A stretch of DNA of 64,000 nucleotides from Amoebidium appalachense (GCA_963693365.1 CAVNZM010000001.1:666774-730773), one strand, 5' to 3'; shown: positions 26,780 through 40,928, counted from the stretch's first letter. Numbers and translations are program-made. Notes: generated by a model not told the origin, from the letters alone.

Positions 26780-27159
26780 TTGCAGGGAAGACAGCACTCA
26801 AATTGACTAATTTCGCCAGCGGCTCCCCCTAGATTAACCATATGGGGAATTGCGCGATCTGGGGTGAGAACAGGGCCTTGGGTTCACTGCATGCTAGTCC
26901 CGTGGCCATAGGGCCGGGGCCGGCCAGTGAATGCGAAGAGTCAAGTCGAGCCTCAGGCAGGACACATGGGTGACTTTGAAGGGGGGGGGGGGGGGGGGAG
27001 GGGGGGGGACTGTACAGGGAGCTCCCGAAAGGCCGGGGGGAATTGAGGGAAGGGGGGTACGTACCCCGCCCCTCAGCTTCAAGGCTTGGCCGGCCCAAGG
27101 CCTCCTTAGTGCGGTCTTAAGCCGACCCCGGCGGGTTGCGGAGCCTTCCAAAATGTTAC

Positions 27160-27647
27160 TATATATATTTAGCAACAAGTCCTGCCACGTGCGCCGCGCG
27201 TCATCTTTCGCCCTCAGGCACATCAAAAACAACCAAGTTTACGTGGTCGGACTACCGGGAAGCACAACACCAACCACTCAAGCAATGGACAACTGCAACG
27301 TTCCGAGTGTGAAGAAGGAATACAGGAACCTCTACTGTAAGTTTGTCGCGGCAAACCCAACCCTCAAGAAGTTCATTTATGCACATTTCATCGCGCTGTA
27401 CTCCCGTGCGTTCAACGGTAAATTCACCAAACAATCGATAGTGAGTGTGTTCGCCAAAACTGGCTTCAGACAGGAGAACGGAGAGGTGGTTGTGGATGAG
27501 GAGAGAGCTCAAGCATCACTGCCCCTCAAGCATCGTGCGGCTACTGCAAACCTCCCCCGCCCGAAATCACTTCGAAAGAGCTCAGGTGGACTGAAGATGA
27601 GGAATCTCAAGAGGGGGACAACGAGAGGAAAGCAGGGAGGTGCCTGA
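27160..27647 (+). pseudogene. pogo/Tc1-mariner DDE_1 transposase C-terminal relic
   Basis: NKSCH..NNQVYVVGLPGSTTPTTQAMD..KKEY..SRAF..IVSVFAKTG resembles the pogo DxHxSH..LPxHTTHxLQPLD..FxxTG pattern, in degenerate form. Confidence 0.65.
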
Positions 27648-27810
27648 ACCGGAAACTGAATACGAAAACGGAAACGAAAACCCCCCCGAAAACGAAAACG
27701 AAAATACACAGGAGGCGGAGAGCGGAGATGGCATGTTGCCCACCTACGAAACAGACGGAGATGGACAGCAGGGTGCGATTCTGTGGACACGCGAAACCTT
27801 TCTCAAGCAA

Positions 27811-28109
27811 CACTTTCGGGCGCTGGGAGGTGCGGGTCATGCCCAACTGAAGGCTTGGCCCAGCCCAAAAATGTAGGGTCCGGATCTATGATTATAAGCC
27901 TCCAATGAAACTTTCACCAGCAAATGGAGGGCCCAATCAGTATAGGAGAACCATTGATTCACTGAGATCAGAGATATGGCGGCCGGGCCGCCCGGCCCGC
28001 ATTTGGCCCGAAAAATGCATGCGCCGGACTGCCCGGCCTGGCCCGAAAATTTTGGGCTGGGCCAAGCCTTCAGTTGGGCCTGACCCCCACCTCCAAGCGC
28101 CCGAAAGTG
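27811..28109. repeat. 60-bp inverted repeat pair (27811-27870 / 28050-28109) among GGCCGG/CCGGCC motifs
   Basis: CACTTTCGGGCGCT..CAACTGAAGGCTTGGCCCAGCCCAAAA and its reverse complement. Confidence 0.8.
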
Positions 28110-28500
28110 TATCAGTAACGTCACGTGCCACGGTGTAGAGTCACCCCAGAAGCATTTTGCGCAAAACATTTGCGCAACCCCTTATTAAATATGGTATATC
28201 CTTGAGCCCGGCCTGACTGGTTCTCGGCCCGAAATGGGCAGGCCGGGCTGCCCGGCCCGGCCTGGCCCAAAACCCCTCACCACACCTCTGGCGTAAATGA
28301 CTGAATGTCCTTCATGACCGTTAACGTTAGCAATAAATAGTGCGTAAACCCCCTTCAAGATGAAGCAACAGATACACCAGAATTGTCAAATCACACGTAG
28401 CTATATCAAAGTGTAAAGATATAGCTCTCCGCTTGGTTTACGTAATTACACGGTCTATATTTTGGGATACGGTGGGAGCTGCGATAGCTCATTTGCAATA

Positions 28501-30560
28501 ATGCTCAACAGCGGGTATGAGAAGGGCCAACACTCCATGGCCCAACACCTTTGGATTTACCATCTAAGATTAGGCGTATTTCTCATGTTCGTGCTCGGTG
28601 TCGTTGTGGTACTAACAGCTATGGTCTTGGACTTTCCGGGAAACATGTGCCCGTCCGGGTTGCTGCCACTACTCTCTCGTCCGCAGCCGGCTGTGACCGG
28701 CGTGTCTACCAGACGTCCACAGCCGGCTGTGACCGGCGTGTCTACCAGAGAGGGCAACTTAACGAGTCCTAAACAGCCCAATGTCATCGTGGATAGCTTC
28801 TTTGAAGGTAGGCGGTTTTTGGTCGGCTCTAGGTTCGGCTGTTGGAGTTGAGCACTTGACTACCTGTTGTAAGTTCAGCTCAGCCGAAAACTGTTCCGTT
28901 GCCCACGTAACTAGTTTAATTCAAGCAGCTGACAACTCATCGTGTTGCTCAAGGCTACAGGCCAACTGCATGCTTGCCGATGGAACTGACACTACAGAAT
29001 GTTGTTGTGCACTGTCCGGTTACCTAGTCTCAGCAGAACACTTGGCGTTGCTACACTACAAACGAATACGGAAAAAGAGTCATGGCTGGTACACGTACAC
29101 GTTTTTAACAGCACGCAAACACTGCATGCACAAAGCCATACTACAAAATGTGAACGTAGTAGAAGCTCCATAACTTGCACTATTGTTAACTGCATCACTT
29201 TGTCTTTCACTAATCTTTAAACACGACTCCCCCAGCTGATGCAGTGGTGCCCGGGCTACCGTACCCCTTTATCGACTCCACGTCTTCCAGAAGATGTGAC
29301 ATTTTCGCTGCCATGCAGAGGCCCGATCCAGAGATTACCAACCTGACAATATCAAATGCCACCATCACTGCTCTAGACGGTGTAGCAGTGGCCACAATCG
29401 TTGCATTCAACAATAAAACTGGTGGCCTGCGGACATATGGGGGAGACGTTATCATCTGCCGTCTGGTAGGAGGCGGGAAAGAGGGACAGTTTCGCACATA
29501 CGCATTCAGTCGAGACCACTGCAACGGCACATATACATGTTCGTTTGACATGCGTTATGCCCGTCCAGGTAAATATTATTTGCAGGTTTCACATCACACA
29601 AGGGGCTACCTTCATGAAATCAAGACTGTGAGTGAACCCACGTGTGGGGCTACCATTGGAGGTGTCTATATCAACAACACAGCCATTCTTTCAGCCCGAG
29701 TCAACCATTGGACTACGAAGGTGTGTGTAGTTATTATAAACTTTGCTCTCTGCATCCCAAGCCACGCCGGCCCAAACCTAAAGCCGGTTCAAAGCCGCCA
29801 AGAACATGACCTTGTTACCAACTGCTCGAATATGCAACCAAAATACGCTTTCATATAATTGCCGTCCATTTGTTGTCATCATAATGGTTTATCGAGTGCT
29901 TCGGTTTTCTTCCCTTAGTCTTCGGGGGGGCGGATGAGTGGTGGGCGTAGGGGGGGGGGGGGGGTGGGGGGTGGGGGGGGGGGGGGGGGGGGGGGGATGC
30001 TGCAGCCAACGTGATGGTGACTTGTTGTGTCAGTGCACTTGGTAGTCACTGAAATCCGACAGAGCATCAGGTCGCCTCAGTTGAGACATTCAAGTTATGT
30101 GAGTCACATTGGATAAAGTCGGTGATGTGTTGCACGTGCTCGTTCTTCTCAAGGAGATGCATGTGGTTCCAAGGCTGTCTGTAATTGTACATGCTTGATA
30201 TTCCTATTTTTTTGTCTCTCTATAAAAACTATATGGTATAAATGATAGTGTTTTATGTGTTTTTGACATGGGACTACTGAGATTGGGTCACCAGGAGAGG
30301 TAGCCTTATGGTGGGTGCGGACAGGTGTTGAAAACCGTGGCTAAATCATAGGTGCTTGCTGTACTTTTTTTATCGCACATGCATTGGTATTTTTGACAAC
30401 GATATTGCGGACACAGCCTTCAATAATACTCTTCTGCACTCTTGTATCCGAAATTACTCTTGCTAGACCTCATTCTTCTGCATGGTTGACTCCCAAGTTT
30501 ACGTTTGCCAGACCTGTCATGTCTACAGATATATCCACTTCTTCTTCTTCTTCTTCTTTT

Positions 30561-30591
<31 letters not shown>

Positions 30592-33569
30592 GGGGGGAGG
30601 AGGAGGGGGAGGGGAGGGGGGGGGGGGGGGGGGGGGGGGACATGGAACACAAGCAAATGAAGATTGCCAAGGGAGACACTGCAGTTGTGGGGAGGAAAAG
30701 AAAGATATGCTCATGTGTGGCTGTCATCTCGAAAATGAGCTGCCGGTAACCCTACCCCTTCACTTCCTAGGTCAACTTCACAGACACGACTTTGCGCATC
30801 AAGAAATTGCAGCCCTTGCGGACCTTGCACCTGCCGCAGTGCACAATGAACAGCCCGGCCCAGGGCCGCTGGGTGTACACTGCAAACTGCTTTGACACCG
30901 CCGCTGCAGAAGCAATTGTAAGTTGTTTTCTCTTCCGCTGGCAAACCATTTAAACATCCAAACAAAAATACCTCGGCTTATTCATGCTGCCGTTTGCAAT
31001 GTTTTTCATGTGATCAGCTATGCCACTCTACTCAATCGCATTTAACGTGTATGGCATCTGTGTCATTATGCAGCTCTAGTTGATTTCGTCTATCGTATCG
31101 AGTTGAAACGAGGTATTTATCTGTAATACCGATTTTCGTTATTTTGCACATCTACACGGTTATAAAATATAAGCACATGGGCAACCTGGTACATACCTGG
31201 CACCTGGTTCATTTGAGTAAAGGTGCAATGTCGTGTTCATCTGTAAACCATCGGTTCTTTTTTTCTGCACACATACACAGATATTAGGGCCGGTGTGAAG
31301 AGTCAATGCCAAACGTGTGCAAGGATCAATAATGCTGCCCTCTCTACATCAAGCATATGTAAAGCAAAAGTGTTTAGCACCCCTGAACATGCAAACTTTG
31401 TCTAAATGAACACACACAGGCATCGGGGAAATTGAATCCTTTTGATCAAGCCAGTGGGCCGGTCAACTCAACATGTCGCCGGGGCCACCCCTGGCATGGC
31501 GTTCGAGACATGTACACGTGGGTGCCGTACCACTGCTCTCTACGCTACATAAGCATTGACGATTTTACCACCATGGCACTTGCCCGCGGTGAAAGGACCT
31601 TCTGGGTTCTGGGTGATTCAAGGTCTTACAATCTGGCTCTACTGCTCAGTGACTTCTTCCGTGGGGCACGACCAGATCCCAAAACTGGGATTGTGCCTGA
31701 CGAGGTGTGTCTCCCTCCTCCCGCCTTCTGCTCCACTTCAGGTTGCCAACTTCCCCTCCTCCGTTTACTGCTACCTGTCCTCACGAACCAACCAAATACC
31801 CTTTCTCCTTTGCCACCACCATAACCCCATCTTGGGAAAGAGTAGCTCAAAGTACATATAGTCTTTGGGCAGCCAATAGCTTGCAACCTAAGAATCAATT
31901 GCCACCTTTGAGGCTAGCCAACAACATTTGACCCACCGTTTGTGGACAGTCACTGATGCGTAACTAATTGAGATGACATATGTGTTGCATCATAAGAATC
32001 TGTTGTGTGGTAGGGTGGCACAGGGTAGAAGCTTCAGTCTGAACACCCTAATTGGGGTGTTTTCTATGGGCATAACAAACACTGTGGTCAGACGTTGCAT
32101 ACTGTCGTGCATGCTCAAACACGAGTGCAGAAGGCTGATGCATTTTTTTAACAAAACAGGATCTTGCCATCTCGGTTCCTCTAGAAGAAAAGGAGTACTG
32201 GAATGGAAGCTACGTACGGCACGAGTTATTGGTCGATAACGACGAGGGCCTTAAGCTCATGCTTTCAATGACGTACGGTTCACACAACGGCACGAGAACC
32301 CTGCCCTGCAACCCAGACACAGGCTCAGATATCGTGAGGCTGAGAGAACACATGGGCTCTCTATTGGACAGATTGAACTCTCTGCTTGCTGCGGCCGAGA
32401 AAACTCCGGTTGACGTGTTGATTATGCAGGCAAGATTCACCCAAATCACATTACCCTCTCAATCCACCCCTTACAAATACATCTCTTTTGCGCCTCTAAT
32501 CCTTCCTCTTTGAGTGGGGCATCCAAGAACACATCGATTACAAATTGGCCTAAGAATGGAGAAAGAAAGCCGTACCTCTATTTCTCGCGGTGTTCTGGTG
32601 GTGCTGGTGTTTGTTGGGTCTCGGTGTGATGCTTCGGTTCGAGTGGTGGTAGTGTCACACATATCTTTGCATGATAGTGATGTGGTTGACACTCAGAGAT
32701 CAGTTTTAAGATGGGCCGATTTTATCAGAAGATGTATTGTGCTATTTAGTATACACGATGATTCTCTGAACTGCTACAGACTGTTGGTTTCAAACACATC
32801 ACTCTCTACTAAAATCTACACCTTACAAGCGCTTGGCTGATCAGTTTACAGCTGATTTATTACAGACTGTTGCAGACCACATTGCAATTTTCTTGATCTA
32901 TCACAGGGGCTTGGCTGTGCAGAATACTGTCGCCTTTGCGACATCACACTTTGCACAGCTGTTACTGTCAGATCACCCAGAAACATGTCGGCTTTACCAA
33001 CATGGAGGAAAACTGCAAAAACATCTATCTGCATATAGATCTTTCATCATTTCGTGGCTTTCACGTTCATGTGTATTGGGAGCATTTTCATGAATGGCAT
33101 GGTTTCTTGTCTTGTTGCTCTGACAATGAAAAGCTGACCGGGCACACATTCGTGTTACAATGAACAGGATGGGGGTCTCCATGACATGTGGCCCGGATTT
33201 TCGGATGAAGACTATCTGCACAACGTCGACACCATGATTGCGATGCTAAAACAAAAATTCCGTGGCCGGGTGATTTATTACGTCATGCCAAGCACCGACG
33301 GCTTTGGCATGGGGTTCGTAAGCCCATTCACATCCTCACCGAAGTTGTGGAGACGGTCGCGTTTGGGAGCAGCTCGGTTCCGAGCAGCTGGCTACGAAGT
33401 TTGGGATCCTCATATGATGACAGCCACCAGGGGTGACCGCTACTACGATTATCTCCATTTCTATGTGCACCCACTCAAGAGGCCGAATACCCAAGCAGCC
33501 TTCCCTATCACTTTGGGCATGGAGATGGTCCAGGACTTAGCCAATCGCATGTATCCATGGAAGGGCTGA
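28501..33569 (+). CDS. Host gene: NXPE/PC-esterase (SGNH/GDS-DxxH)-like type II membrane protein, ~631 aa, 6 exons
   Basis: Exons 28501-28807, 29236-29720, 30771-30917, 31420-31704, 32160-32429 and 33168-33569 splice in frame (1896 nt). Features: N-terminal TM helix; YGGD..RL..DHCNGTY..PGKY Ig-like part; GRW; WVPYHC; LGDS; GLHD; DYLH. Confidence 0.85.
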
Positions 33570-34090
33570 TCCCCCCCCCCCCCCTTCTCCCTCCTTCATT
33601 CCCCCAGCCCATCCCAACCCCACTCTCTTGCATCTCAGGCTGTCATCTTGATGCTAAGAAACACAAGAAGAAGGCACCTATTGCTCCCAGCTTGTTGCAC
33701 TGATGTTAACTTTTTCGTTTTTTTCTTTTTTGTTTCTCTTTTTTCTTTTTTGTTTCTCTCATGTGTTTGGTTCATTTACTTTTTAAATTTTACGCTGATC
33801 AAGTGAAAACACAATTGCAGTGGTACACCCGTCGGCTCACAACCTGGCATACACATATGCTCACCTAAATGATTTGAATACACGTGCACTTGTGCACGTG
33901 TGCACAAAAACCATATTTATATATATATATGTATATACATGCACACACGCACCATATACACTCACACACAAAGACGCCATCACGTTTGCCACGTGCACGT
34001 ATGTCCATGCCTGGGCAAGCACGCATACACACAAAACCAGGCAAGCACACACATGTATGTAAGCCTACATATACACACACACATACACAC

Positions 34091-34371
34091 TATCACAATA
34101 CACGATTAAAGCCGATACAACACGATTACAAGTATACAAGCATATCGGAGATCGATGCTACACTTTACATAATAGGAGTGTGGCATTTACACTAAGCATA
34201 TGAACTGAAACATAACACAAACTGAGAAGATCTTACCATATGTAAATGCTACGTATTACAACATCCCCACTTAAGACTTTGAAGTTTGTGTTATCATATC
34301 CCCACTGAACTAGTGAAATCTCCCCACTTGAGAACAGAAACGAAAAAAAAAAATTTAAAGTGTGTACTTTT

Positions 34372-34455
<84 letters not shown>

Positions 34456-34459
34456 GGAG
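34091..34459 (-). mobile_element. Copia-A fragment: poly-C tract, PPT region and first 173 bp of the LTR
   Basis: Reverse complement of ~21150-21511. Confidence 0.9.
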
Positions 34460-35069
34460 TGTTGTATAATATGATCGTGTGTCTGTGACAAACAATATGT
34501 TTATAAATGAACGGGGTTGACTAGACCACGCTTTGCTTAGTTACGTGCTAGTCCTACTTACACCTAGTAAGCCGAGCACACTGAGTAAGCTCTGAAGCCC
34601 CCGACATGCCCTTATATCGGAGCTCGCTCAGCGGCTCAGACATGCGCATCGGTATGTGCTTTTGGCTACGAGAGCCAATCACATACGGTTCACGGTTCTG
34701 TCCCATGGCTATCACGGTTCCAATAAACTTTGTGAGCCAATCGGGTGACAGTACTTGACTATCGATGCATTCCACAGTCATACCTCACGGCTACTTGCAT
34801 ATTTTCCCATGATAAAACTATAACTTAACGCTCATGGTTCCTCTACTACGTGTCGGTCCCATGTGACTATTATATCTGTTTTCCCATGAATAATTCTGCA
34901 AGCTGCACGTGCACATATGTTTAACTTCATGCTCATGCGCACAAGACTGGGGGGAGACATGCATACTGGCCTACCTAAGATCAAACACAGTGGTATATAT
35001 ACATGTACACGTGTGCGTATATCTCAACCTGTGTACATCCATACTAGATATCCGGTATAATATACCACA
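34460..35069 (-). mobile_element. Putative 3' LTR (610 bp) of the Gypsy element
   Basis: On the - strand it follows the PPT-like GGTGGGGCG just after the integrase stop; ends TGTGGTATATTAT...ATATTATACAACA. No second copy in the window. Confidence 0.7.
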
Positions 35070-35109
35070 CGCCCCACCGTAAAAAGAAGTATGTCGTCCT
35101 CGACATACG

Positions 35110-38100
35110 TCACCATGCTCCACACAATGAGTCAATGTATCCGTGGAACGATGCAAGGTCACCTCTGCGTTGGTGGAACTCTCGGATCTTGTCCGGGCAG
35201 GCTAAGTCTTTCTCACACTCCCAAGAGGTGAATGACTCATCTTTGCCTGCCCACTTGATCTGGTACCACTTGTAAGGGGTGGATTGCTTGCGCCGTTTCT
35301 GAATTCTTACGTCAAGCACCTTTTCCACCACCCACTCGTCCGGCAGAACCTTGTTGAAATTGTGACTATCGCCCGTGTCCGGGAGGTGAGAGAGATCTTG
35401 AGGCCGAATCTTATTTTGCTCACTCAATTCAAGCTGAATATCGTCCACGTGCCACTTAGATTTCTTCATAGTTGCTAAGCTTCGGATCTCGTACGTGACC
35501 GGGCCGACCCTTTTGACGATTTCGTAACCCGTAATCCACCGTACATCCCAGGCACCGATATTTTTGGCTTGATTCCGAACACGAATCCGTGCACCCTTCT
35601 TAAATTCACGAGCCACCGAGGGGCCTGGGGGCTCTCGTACGGCACGTTGCTGGACCACAGCACGGAGCAGAGGCAGACGGGCTAGTAACTCTCGCCGGTA
35701 TGCCTTCCACTCTGGGTCCTTGAGTGCCGGGTGGTTACTGCTAAGAAGGGCAACGTCAGGGAATTGTGTTGCTTCTTGCCCGTACACAAGATAACACGGT
35801 GTACATAGCAAAATTTTGTGTGTTGTTGTGTTGTATGCATGTGTAACCACCGGCAACAGAGTGTCCCAATTAGTGTGCTCATAATTAACGTACTTTGAGA
35901 GTGCATTATTAATAAATCTATGAGACCTTTCATTGGAACCGTTGCTTTGTGGGTGATATGCAGAGGTGCTCACTTGTGCAATATTTGCTATACGGCATAC
36001 CTCAACAATTAGCTCATTGAGAAATTCTGATCCTTGATCACTCAAGAGTGTACGAGGGGGGCCGTGTATATAGCAAATTTCATTCATGAGTGCATGTGCA
36101 ACATTAACGGCATGCTTAGATTGGATGGGCACAGTGATTAAATACTTCGTTGCCATATCCATAAACACACAAATGAAAGTATTACCATTGTTCGTTTCTG
36201 TGAACGGACCCATAAGGTCAACAGAAACACGAGAGAACATTTTTAAATTTTCGTATCTCTGTTCAAATGGCCTACTTCTCAAGTGTGGGTTATCGTTACG
36301 GCCTTGGCACTGTGTGCAGGCATTCACATAAGCAGTGATATCTTTGTGCATGCGTGGCCAATAGTAATTGTATAATCTTTCGTAAGTTCGTTCAATGCCA
36401 GTATGAGCCCCCCCGTCGTGCACACTTCTTAATAAATCAGCACGAAGGATTTCGGGCACATATAGGCAACGACGACCATCCTTAGCCACATGATAAAGCA
36501 CGTCATCCTCTATCACACACATTTGTGCTATTTTCTTAACCTTTTTGTATCCGAAATGCTCAAGATTAAGACCGTGTGCAGCTCGTTCCCCCCCTGCCTG
36601 CCATTCCCGTTTGGCCTCGGCATCGAGGGAGGCAAGCCACCGGAGCCACGTGATTATATCCTTACACATTTTGTCCCCCCCTGTGCCATCATAATTGCTT
36701 CCTTCTGATAGCCGGCACCACCGAGTGCAGAAAGGGAGGACAGGCCGGCTTGACTGAGTGCAGAAATTTGTGCACATTTCAAGCGGTCTGGGTCGAAAAT
36801 GTGTGTGAATTCGAGTGCATCACCCCAATCAACAAACACTTCGGCTGGTTTCGAGCTAAGCTCGGATAAATCTGCTGTGAGAACCTCTTGTAATTCCTTT
36901 TTCACATCCCACCTTTCCAGTGGTATGCTTTCGTTCTCATGCAGAATATATCCTATACGACTTAACCCATCAGCATCGTGCATGGTAGGGCCAGGACGGT
37001 AGTATAGATCGAAATCATACTCCTGCATTTCCAAAGCCCACCGTTGCATTCGTTCGTTTGCTATCCGTTTGACACCTTTAAGAGAAAGACAGGGCTTATG
37101 GTCACTTTCCACAATAGTATTCACTCGACCATACACGTACACCCTAAACTCTTTCAGTGCCCAATAGATTGCATGCGTTTCTCGTTCGATGTTGCTCCAC
37201 CTACGTTCGGTAGGTTGAAACATCCGGAGGCATATGCCACCGTGCGGAACTTGCCATCTTGTTGTTTTTGATACAGGCAAGCCCCTTCCGAGAACCGACT
37301 AGCATCACAACGAATAAGAAACTGACCCCCCGTGGGGGAAAGATCGGGCAGGGCAAGTACTTCCTCCGATAACGCCGATTTTAAATCTTTAAACGAGCGA
37401 TCTAATTCGTCCGTCCATTTTAACCGTCGGTGTTTTTCTCCGTAACACTCGGCATGCATGGGCCGGGCTCGCTCTGCATAATTTAAAATGTGACGGCGGA
37501 GATACGAAGTAATACCCAGAAAACCCCGGAGTTGGTGTAGTGTGTTTGGTACCGGCCAATCTTTCACTGCCTGAACCTTTTTCGGGTCGGGCCGAATGCC
37601 ATTCACACCTACAATCCAACCCAAAAACGGTATTTCCGTGAGCCCAATGTATGTCTTTGCCCCATCGAGCTTAACTCCATATTCACCGAGACGGGTGAAA
37701 AGTCGGTCAAGCTTCTGTATTAATTCTTTTTCGGTGTGTGCACCCACAGCTAAATCATCGGCATATACCACCACGTCATCGGCCAGAGGGGCCAAAATCT
37801 GTGTCATGATAGATGCTAGCTGGGACGGGGAAGTACTTAGCCCCTGTGGTGCCACACAATAACGATACTGCACACCAGCCACAGAAAATACTGTTTTTTC
37901 ACGTGACTCAGCGTCTAGCAGCATTTGGTAAAAGGCACCCGACATATCAGCTTTACAGAAATACTTATACCCAGCCAACTTCTCTATTTGTTGTTGCAAG
38001 TTGGGGTGGCCAGGCAGATTTTCGAATTTGCTTGTTAAGAGCACGAAAATCAGTCAGGAGACGGTATTTTCCGTTTGGTTTTCGTATTACGAAGGTGGGT

Positions 38101-39283
38101 GAATTATACTGACTGTGTGCTTGTTCCATCTGCCCTCTACGACACATATCCTCCACGATCTCCTTTGCAGCCTGCTCTTTCACTTGTTCCAACCTCCACT
38201 GTTTTAATCGAATCGGTGGGTTATCTCCCGTGTCTATGTGCATGGTGAATCCTTTAATCTGAGGAAATTCGTCGGGGTCCGTAGTGATGAAGCAACGAGA
38301 GTGTGCTTCTAATAGTTTCTTGACATCCGGAAGCATACTCTGAGGCACCCTATTCCAATCAAAACCGTGGGGAGCCTGGCCGGCATCGTGTGCACCCCCA
38401 CCCGAAATTTCCGAAATGTTTCGCGGGGGGGGGGGGGGGGGGGGGGTTTCATGATCAACGGCACACATTGATTGGTCGATCGGTGAGTGTATCGGACCGC
38501 CTCGTGTCCCACTCACATGCCCTTCGTGCCCACACATGTTATCAGTAGGCACCCGGCCCGGTGGCACGGCCGGAGGTGAATTGGGTAGGCAACCTTCTCC
38601 ACCCCCCGTTGCCCACCTGATGCACTGCGCTATTGCACCAACGACGGTTTGTGTACGACTGGGGTGGGGTTCGGCTTGCAAAACACTCAGTTCGTGTATG
38701 TACTCATGTCGGCTCATAGGAACGAAATGACCTATGGTACCGAACACGTTCAAATCCGGACCCACACCATTTTCGCACACAACAGCAATAGATTTATCCA
38801 CACTAATTTCACAGATGGTGGGGGGGAACTTATCTCGAAATTCACGAGTAGGCTCGAAGATACCGAGGGTGCCAGCAGCAGCAGCAGCAGCAGTCACCTG
38901 CACCGTTGCACGTAATACACATCCAAAGCCAGATTTGACGGTGGTGTCGTGCTTGACGGTAACAGGACACATTGTGTAGGGGGTGTGCAAAGATGACGTC
39001 GGCACCACCATCCCCGACACCAGTGTTAGTGAGTGTGCTTGATGATTAGTGGTGGCAATGTGTTTGTTGGCAAAATCGTTCCCAATAATCATGTCATGCT
39101 TAATATTTTTAATCACTAAGCAAGGCCACATGAATGTTTGAGAACTGAGGCATAACGGGAGCATCACTTCACCACTCACAGCTAGAGCTTTATCGTTTTT
39201 CCTTACAGAAGTAACAATCACATCCGAGGGTTGCAAAGCAAACTCCTACATGTGTCGTGAAAAAACAGCATCACTAACCACCG
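35110..39283 (-). pseudogene. pol: Ty3/Gypsy pol (partial PR, RT, RNase H, integrase, chromodomain), frameshifted and 5'-truncated
   Basis: RT YNSPTFVIRKPNGKYRLLTDFRALN and YADD; RH CDAS, ETHAI, SDHKP, DADGLSR; IN HHCC, VDLMGPF, SDQGSEF, YHPQSNGSNER; chromodomain WVVEKVLD..YQIKWAG..SWE. Confidence 0.95.
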
Positions 39284-40360
39284 TGTTAAATTATATAAGT
39301 ATTTGGGATGTAAGCAGAGACACAGTGGTGCAGTGTGAAAACACCACAGACACACACAACAACAAAACACGGAACGATCGGAGCAGTGTACACAACAGAC
39401 ATCAATGTTTAGACACGACTGAACTGAATTTATTCTGATCTTCGAATAAATACCTGAAATTCCTCTAAGTCCAATCCATACATGATTTCCGACCAGTCGG
39501 AAATCAGATCCATCTCTAATAGAAACCAATCACTAAGAACCAATTGCTTTCAGAGAGATCCGGTACGCGGAGACGTACACGATAGGACACAGACACTAGT
39601 TAAGATCAACTCGTGTCATCATCAAGGAAGTTCTAACCTATGACATACTGCAAAGACTCAGACATATCACACTTAACCTTGATGATTGGTTAAAGCCCGG
39701 CAACACATGAAAACTAAAGTGAATTAATGAAGTCTAAACACACATGCTATTCTAAGTGTAGCCTAAGTGTGTTACCGTCCAAAGAACACGTATTAAGTAA
39801 CACAAATCTACCTAACATATATTAGTAGAAAAGAACTACGATTATACACATGAAGACAAGGAGAGAAAGAAAAGAAAATAAGGAAGGAGAAAGAGGAAGG
39901 AAAAGAGAGCACAGATCAACAAACAAGATAGTAATAGCATAACTATAACCAGAGATATTTATGTACACACGAACATGTACACGTCTCTCCCTGAGTGGGT
40001 GGATCCGTGTACACACATATAAATATTCTAATCGATATTACAACACACGATTAAAGCCGATACAACACGATTACAAGTATACAAGCATATCGGAGATCGA
40101 TGCTACACTTTACATGATAGGAGTGTGGCATATACACTAAGCATATGAACTGAAACATAACACAAACTGAGAAGATCTTACCATATGTAAATACTACGTA
40201 TTACAACACCGATACAACACGATTACAAGTATACAAGCATATCGGAGATCGATGCTACACTTTACATAATAGGAGTGTGGCATTTACACTAAGCATATGA
40301 ACTGAAACATAACACAAACTGAGAAGATCTTACCATATGTAGATACTACGTATTACAACA
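39284..40360 (-). mobile_element. Copia-A LTR (39284-40208) plus a tandem partial LTR (first 152 bp, 40209-40360)
   Basis: Reverse complement of the 925-bp LTR; no TSD. Confidence 0.95.
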
Positions 40361-40928
40361 CTCCGGCTCTGAGTTCACCTCCAAGGCTACCCGTGCTTTT
40401 TGCCTCTCCCAGGGCATCAAGGCCAGCTATGCTCCGGTGGACTGCCCTCAACTGAACGGCTACGTTGAACGTCGTATGCGGTTCCTACAAGAGATTGTTC
40501 GTTGCCTCCTCCATCAAGTCCAAGATCAGTCTCTGTCCCCCAAACTGTGGGCTGAGGCCCTCCAACATGCCGCCTACATCATCAACGTCACCCCGTCCAC
40601 GACTGCCAGTGGTCGTACACCATTCGAGGTTTTCTACGGTGTCAAGCCCGACATCTCCGAGCTCAAAGTGTTCGGTTGCCCTGCCTACACTCATGTGCCA
40701 GCCTCTAAACGGAACAAGCTGCCCCCCACCGTCAAACTCGGCATGTATATCGGCTATGATCTTCAATCACACTGCCACCGGATCTTCAACCCCACCACCC
40801 ATCGTGTCGGCCTCTTCCGTGATGTGATTTTCGACGAATCAGCTTATCTCCCGTCCGACCTTCCATCAACACTTCCGACCCCCGACACCACTGCTACCTC
40901 GACCACCCCACCCCCCACAGTTGACACT
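40361..40928 (+). pseudogene. Copia-A integrase fragment
   Basis: Near-identical to ~48672-49243 (SGSEF..PQLNGYVERR..FRDVIFDE). Confidence 0.95.
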
